From NCBI GenBank assembly GCA_964188305.1, contig OZ076885.1: a stretch of 64,000 bases of DNA, one strand, 5' to 3'. A program made the translations under genes and the position numbers. This stretch comes from Podarcis bocagei. Taxonomy: Eukaryota. Below the pieces are notes generated by a model. The model worked only from the letters and a program-made list of their open reading frames with translations. It was not told where the DNA came from and made no database searches. Positions 58,220-64,000 of the stretch are shown here, piece by piece (the stretch's first letter is position 1; the number at the start of each line of letters is the position of its first letter).

Positions 58220-61200
58220 GTACAGTTCCTAGTCAGAACAAACTGAGAATGCACTATGCAGTGTCTCCTTGCCTGAAATGTTACGGGAAGCAGAAATCTG
58301 CATATAGTGTAGTCTTTTTTAAATTATTGATGGATATGTTTCCATTGAAGGAATTAAGAAAGTAAAATTGAGGAATTGCTATACAGTGGTACCTCGGGTT
58401 ACGTTACCTTCGAGTAGCATAATTTTGAGTTACGAACGCAGCAAACCCAGAAGTATATACTTCCGGGTTTCGCCACATGCACAGAAGCGGCGCCTCCGCA
58501 TATGGACTTTTCAGGGTAAGTATGGACCCTGGGACGAATTAAGTTCGTATCCGGAGAGTGCACTGTATTTATATGAGCAGGAAGCATCATGTATGATTGA
58601 ATGTGTGCACTTCACAAGATGTAAGATGTGTGCACTTCACAAGATGCACAGAACTGGGATTCCTGATCATCTCATTCTTCATTCATTAACAGAACACGTT
58701 TCTAGCCCTTGTGGTTGTGAAGATGTGCTTGAAAGTGAGCTTGCATCTGCAGGTTCAGAAATTTGGTATCGTGCAAAAGCATCTTTCCCTACATCATAGC
58801 CTCCAATAGTCCTTACTCCAGATATATATTTTAGTCCTTTCTTGCCACATCATTTTTTCAAAAATCTATTTTCCTGCTACTAAATTGTTCCCTGCCAAAC
58901 CATTTTAATGTCTTGTAAAAGTTGAAAAATGGGTACCCAATAAAACAATGTAATAGTGCTGCAGGGCAAATATGCATTATTTTAAATGAGGTGTGAACTT
59001 GGCTTGTAACATTCTTTCACAATTTGCATCTGGTATATAAGGATTTGTTTGACTTTTTGTGGGTGGCATGTATCTAACACTTTTATCTATATTTTGAAAT
59101 GAATATTTTAGATTTTAAAAACTATTTAGAGGTCTTTTGTTGAGTAAGTGGTATACAAATTTTGATGGATAAATAAATTCAACTTGTGCACAAACATAGA
59201 ATACATCTGTTCTTGGGATGCCGGTTCTTTAGAATGAAAGTGTACAGTCTATCTGGGTGGAATAGGGCTTGCCTTCATTTTCACTTTGGTTTTGTTCATA
59301 GCTGAAGGAGTCGAAACGAACAGTGAACAGCCTCCGAGATATTGTAGATGATGACGATGATCTTGAGAAGTTCAGCTGGAGTGGGGAGCCTGTGGGCAGT
59401 AAGTGGAGCAGAATGTTTTTGCATCTATCACCCATTCTTTGAATCTGAATTTGATTATTGCTGCCCACTGACAAGAAAAATCTCATTAGAGCTACAGTCG
59501 TTAGAGCTACACCTACTAGGAAATATGGCCTACTGAGGTTTAGTGTGCTTAACATTGAGCAGGAAAAGTGTCTAATGGTTTCATACATTACCACAATTGT
59601 TTATTTTGCCTGTTGTGTGCTTGAATTCCCCCTACCCGTTTCTGATAAGTGGAAAGTGTGCAAACAAGGCCAAACAAATGCAGGGAGTAAAATGACTGCT
59701 TCTTTCAAAAACAAGTAGATTGATGGTACATTATGGGGGGGGATCCAAACCATGGTGTGTTTTGTGAAAACCCGGCTTGTTCCTTCACTCATTCTTCACT
59801 ACTTACCCCAAATCCTGAGTGCATCATTCCTATGAGCCTCCCTATCAAAGAATTTCCCATGAAGGTAGTCTGTGCTTTGAATATTCCTGATTTTCCTGTT
59901 TTCCATGTGTTTTCCAAGAAAGAGAGTTTTTTAAATATCAAGGGTAGTTTAAGAGTTAAATGTCTCGTATGAGGTGATGATTTAGAAAAGCAAAACATAA
60001 GAACCAGGCCCAAAATCATGTATTCCAGAATCAATAACCCTTCTAGAATTTTAAAAGCCTCATCTTATGCTTGCTAGAGAATTTACTCAGATAGTGCTCT
60101 TTCTCTCTCTCTCTCCATAGGCATTTCCTGGTCAATCAAGGAGACCGCCTCCAGCAGCAACAATAGTGCTGAGGGAAGAGACTTGGGTGGGCAAAGAGGC
60201 TCTTCTTCATACGGAGCATTTCCCAAGCAAGCCTCTTCTTACTCACTGAGCAGCTTTTTCAAAGGTAGGACCTTTACTGGGACTTAGAATCACAGAATTG
60301 TAGAATTGGAAAGTACCCTGCAAGTTTTCTAGTCCAGCCCCCTGCAATGCAGGAATCCCAACTAAAGCATCCCTGACATCCAAGGAAGTAGAGATCACTA
60401 GCTGCCGAAGGAGTCCATTGCACTGTTGAACATCTCTTACCACCAGAAAGTTCTTCCTGATATTTAGTTGGAATCTCCTTTCTTGTAACTTGAATTCATT
60501 GGTTCAGGTCCTATCCTATTTCTTCCATGTGACAGCCCTTGAGATATTTGAAGATGGCTACCATATCCCAGGCTAAACATACCCAACTCAACCATTCCTT
60601 ATAAGTTACAGATAGGTAGCCGTGTTGGTCTGCCATAGTCAAAATAAAAAATTCCTTCCAGTAGCACCTTAAAGACCAACTAAGTTAGTTCTTGGTATGA
60701 GCTTTCGTGTGCATGCACACTTCTTCCTTCTGTTTCAGTGTATCTGAAGAAGTGTGCATGCACACGAAAGCTCATACCAAGAACTAACTTAGTTGGTCTT
60801 TAAGGTGCTACTGGAAGGAATTTTTTATTCCTGATAAGGCTTGATTTCCAGACCCTTAATGATCTTGGTCACCCTCCTCTGCATATGATCCAGCTTGTCA
60901 ATACCCTTCTTAAATTGTGACTCCCAGAACTGGACACAGTATTCCTAGATGTGTAATGGGTTTTCAGTGTGAGGTGATGAATCTAGCTTTCTTAGCCTTT
61001 CTTACTTGCTCTTTCTTTTCAGGAAGAAACAAACATGGGAGCTTTCAGTCACTTTCAGATGGTAAGAATCTAGATCTTTGTCCCCAGATTGCTTGAATGG
61101 TTGGCTTCTCCTTGCACAACAGTGGAAATTCGCTCCACTTTCTCCATTTCCCTGGCTAAAATTCTGACCATCTCTCTCCTTGAGTACTGCAAGCTGCTTC

Positions 61201-64000
61201 TTTCTGGCTTTCCCTTCCCACCACAGTACTTCCATATCTATTCAGAGCCCTACTTCCCAAACAGAATATATGGGAAGGTAGCTAACAGAGAGTAGCCTCC
61301 GAGATCATTATATAATTGTACCCTTGAAGCTGGCACTCCTTGCTCCCTTTTGGCTTTTAGAAAGAAGGTGATAAGTTGTGTTTGTTGCGGTTTAGTCATC
61401 CAGGATTTTCTTTCTAATGTTTTTACAACTTCTGGTTGTAACTGGTGCTGTTTTATTGTGACTTCATAATTTTGATGGTGCTTCTGTTTCAAATGCAGTG
61501 TTTTTGAGCTACTTGGTGGACCAAAATGACGTGGAAAGGAGGGCTCTAAATTGTGTGGGGGTTTTTTAAAAAAATGCTGTCGTTCTCTCTTCAGCTCTTA
61601 CAGACACAGGATTTAAAAGTTACGCCCCAGAACTGCGCAGACCAAAAGCAGACTATAAGGTAGGTATAATTTTGGAAGCCTAGATTCAGGACAACATTAA
61701 GGGGTGAAAGGGTTTGAAGCTGCAAACACTCCTCTTCTTCGCCCAAGGGCTGTCTTCTGGATGCTCACTCCACAGAGACTAGGGCTGTGATGCTGTGCAT
61801 GCTTATTTGAGTGTAAGCCTCATTGAACATACTTGGATGATGTCAGGAGGTTTACAGCACAATCCTGTGCAGGTTCCACTCTGTTCAAGTGGGACTTGCC
61901 CCCAGGTACTTGTTCACAGAATTGCTGTCTTAGAAGCTCTCTACCTTTAATAAGCAAGGAAATTCTCTCTAGTGGGTGGGAAAGGAAAGTGGGGAACCAT
62001 GCTCCTGCATTGTCCCTTTTCTGGAAACTGCCATCATAACAATGTATTAATTTTGTCCATTTAAATAATGGATAGCAAATCTCACTGAACATGTTGGCAT
62101 CAGGGACGACTAATGTGTAGTGGGCATCAACCTTTATTTTTTTACATTTATATTCTGCCTTTCATCCAGCCTGGAACCCAGGGTGGCTTACATGGGGTTT
62201 CCAGGCAGTCTCTGCACTGATCAGACCCAAACCTACTTTGCTTCTGCAGGGTGGTAGCCTCATGGGGCCTTCAGACCATACCCAGGGACCATGCAGCTCT
62301 TCAACTTTCTTTCACTGTCAGTGACCAGCGGCATAGCCTGGCACGATACACATTCAATTTTAAGCCAATCCTAATGCATGGCAGACCATATGCACCCCCC
62401 CCCCCCGCAGGCTTGCAGCCCTTTACTTGCAGAACATCTTAAATATGTCATCCCTCCCACAAAGCTGTCTTCACAGGCTGTGGCTGCTTTTATTGTGCTG
62501 TGTTCCAGACCTGTTTTGGGTGCTTTTGCGTGCAATACTAGTCGCAAATGACTCTCCTATGAGTCATTTGATGGGATGCAAGCAATGTTACTTCTGACAC
62601 CCTGCTGTTGGGGTATCTCAATCATACCTATAAGACGAAGGAGTTTGTCCGAATCTGTGCTTCTCAAAATATTTTGAGTGTTAAAGGCATCATGTTTTTG
62701 TTTTGTTACATTTCAGGATTACAGCAGTGACTGGAGCCCTAAAGACACAGTAAGACGGCTGCAGAGAGGCAAGGTGAGACTCTTCTTCCCTGCTTCTGAA
62801 AGGGCCAACCTTTGAATTTTTGGGTGGTGCTCCCATGCATATCCATTTCTTCTGCTCCTGCATGTCAACGCTGGAGATGTGGCTGTTGGTGGCTTTTCAG
62901 AGTTCTCTGTAAAGAACAGCCCTGTAATTTCCCTGTCTGAAAAGGAGGAGTTGAGGTCCTGCAAATGTCAGGAATGCCAGGGGATTATAGCAGAGGTAGC
63001 AGACTCTGCTCCATAATTGAAGCATGTCCCAAATGGCAAGGAATAATACGTTATTTCACTGACAGCTTTGGAGCAGGTATCCTGAGAAAGCATCCATAGA
63101 TCTGGTGCAGGGCTCTTGATGCTTTCCGTTGGTAGATCAAAGGGGAACTAAGTTATTTTTTGTGAATATAGAGGTAGTACACAAGCTGCTCCTGGCTGCT
63201 TTAGAACTGGCAATGAGCTGATATGCCACACAACATCTGTGTTTAGGAAACCTTTCTGTAACCTTTAGAAAGTGAATTCTTTGTTCCATTTTAGTCTTAG
63301 AGGTTAGGATGAGAAAATGGGGGTATAAGAAAGGAAAGTTCCCAGGGGCTATAAAGGCTCAGTTTCTGTTTAGTTTTTTATACCTACCACCCACTAATGC
63401 ATATTTCTTGATGGTTTAATTTCATTACCACCCACCAGTGCTCGATGGAAGGAGGATTCAGCTTGTGTCGCAGAACCCCCTACTGCCCACCTAGAATCCT
63501 GAAATGCCCACTAGTGGGCAGTAGGGACCAGGTTGACAAGCCCTGATTTAGACAGTGGGTTCTTAACAGAGACTTTGCGTAGTGATCTAAGGCCTGCAGT
63601 TGGGATAGAGTGACCAAAATTCTTTTTCTGAAAGAGGATTCCTGTTGTACAAATCCCCCAGTAAGGACTACCTTTCAGTGTGTGTATCTGCTCACATTGC
63701 AAATTCATGGATATAGAAGCACATGATAAGCTGTTTGTCTTGGTGGCTCAGAATAATTTTAATTGTGCCAAGACTACCACTCTGGCAACAAAGGCTTCCA
63801 TTGGTATATTTTGGCTCCTGAACCGCATGGAGAACAAATGACACATACAAATGATTAACCAACTGCAGCTCCTCTTCTGAGGAGTTTTATGATGAGCCAC
63901 CTGTGTAGCTGTCTGTCTGAAGCAGGCCTCCACTCAGATAATCCAGGTTCCTCTCTAATCCTTCCATTATTGTCATTCCGTTCTAGATCTGCTCACTGGA
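58127..64000 (+). CDS. VIPAS39: VPS33B-interacting protein (spe-39 homolog), 5' part: join(58127..58219,59302..59398,60121..60264,61023..61061,61595..61659,62717..62773,63987..>64000)
   Basis: [44 protein letters not shown]...[16 protein letters not shown]...YSLSSFFKG...[23 protein letters not shown]; GT-AG junctions with consistent phases; head-to-head with AHSA1. Confidence 0.92.
58384..58565. mobile_element. Tc1/mariner-like MITE
   Basis: ta|CAGTGGTACCTCGGGTTACG ... degenerate right TIR ending CACTG|ta. Confidence 0.7.
59302..59398 (+). CDS. VIPAS39: VIPAS39 coding exon 2
   Basis: [32 protein letters not shown]; catag| ... |gtaagt. Confidence 0.9.
60121..60264 (+). CDS. VIPAS39: VIPAS39 coding exon 3
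   Basis: [47 protein letters not shown]; ccatag| ... |gtagga. Confidence 0.9.
60606..60826. mobile_element. Penelope-like element remnant with inverted pseudo-LTR structure
   Basis: Perfect 84-bp inverted repeat (60643-60726 / 60746-60829). Candidate TSD attccttataag (60594-60605) / attcctgataag (60827-60838). Contains a hammerhead core. Confidence 0.75.
60740..60777 (+). ncRNA. Minimal type I hammerhead ribozyme motif
   Basis: GUAU-CUGAAGA-A-GUGUG(CAUG)CACAC-GAAA-GC-UC^-AUAC: stem I 4 bp, CUGANGA box, stem II 5 bp, GAAA box, palindromic AGCU stem III, UH cleavage site after 60773. Confidence 0.65.
61023..61061 (+). CDS. VIPAS39: VIPAS39 coding exon 4 (39 nt)
   Basis: [13 protein letters not shown]; long pyrimidine tract then cag| ... 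|gtaaga. Confidence 0.85.
61595..61659 (+). CDS. VIPAS39: VIPAS39 coding exon 5
   Basis: [22 protein letters not shown]; ttcag| ... |gtaggt. Confidence 0.9.
62132..62290 (-). mobile_element. 5S rRNA-derived SINE-like fragment
   Basis: Minus-strand gaagcaaagtaggtttgggtctgatcagtgc..agagactgcctggaaacccc aligns by eye to the 3' half of 5S rRNA (GAAGCTAAGCAGGGTCGGGCCTGGTTAGTAC...GAGACCGCCTGGGAATACC). An A-rich tail follows. Confidence 0.5.
62717..62773 (+). CDS. VIPAS39: VIPAS39 coding exon 6
   Basis: [19 protein letters not shown]; tttcag| ... |gtgaga. Confidence 0.9.
63987..64000 (+). CDS. VIPAS39: VIPAS39 coding exon 7 (start only, truncated by the window edge)
   Basis: ttctag|ATC TGC TCA CTG GA (ICSLE), the expected continuation. 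Confidence 0.75.

Larger units (their letters stand above)
60285..60950 (-). mobile_element. CR1 3' region interrupted by a Penelope-type insertion
   Basis: tagaatcacagaattgtagaattggaaag...ctagtccagccccctgcaatgcagg is the reverse complement of a CR1 3' end. CR1-like sequence continues on both sides of 60606-60826. Confidence 0.7.

Noticed and set aside
58602-58647. Short tandem duplication (atgtgtgcacttcacaagatg twice), and similar small repeats at ~25475 and ~21875
   Set aside because: Two or three units only, consistent with local slippage; no spacer architecture, so not CRISPR-like.
60643-60829. Inverted repeat as a microRNA precursor, terminator or assembly artefact
   Set aside because: The candidate TSD, asymmetric extra 5' sequence and hammerhead core fit a Penelope insertion better. 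An artefact cannot be fully excluded without reads.

Overview
Vertebrate genomic DNA, most likely a lacertid lizard (Podarcis/Lacerta-like). That assignment is inferred from the squamate repeat set: Sauria SINEs, Squam3-type tRNA SINEs, BovB, L2, CR1, Penelope and hAT/Tc1 MITEs. The window carries the SPTLC2-ISM2-AHSA1-VIPAS39 gene block, in the order I recall for human 14q24.3. It holds the last coding exon of SPTLC2 (+), a complete 6-exon isthmin-2 gene (ISM2, +, 493 aa) and a complete 9-exon AHSA1 gene (-, 340 aa). It also holds the first seven coding exons of VIPAS39 (+, running off the right edge), head-to-head with AHSA1. All called exons have GT-AG boundaries and consistent phases. Notable non-gene structure: (1) a Penelope-type insertion in a VIPAS39 intron forming a perfect 84-bp inverted repeat and containing a minimal hammerhead ribozyme core; (2) a 5'-truncated FABP4-like retrocopy with poly(A) and a 12-bp TSD in ISM2 intron 1; (3) a Sauria SINE fused directly to a BovB 3' end; (4) inverted L2 and SINE pairs around the frame-symmetric ISM2 exon 2; (5) hAT MITEs, some carrying ACTACAnnTCCCA (ZNF143/THAP11-like) motifs, two of them between AHSA1 and VIPAS39. 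Most ORFs in the supplied track are non-coding noise. I see no prokaryote-type system such as CRISPR.
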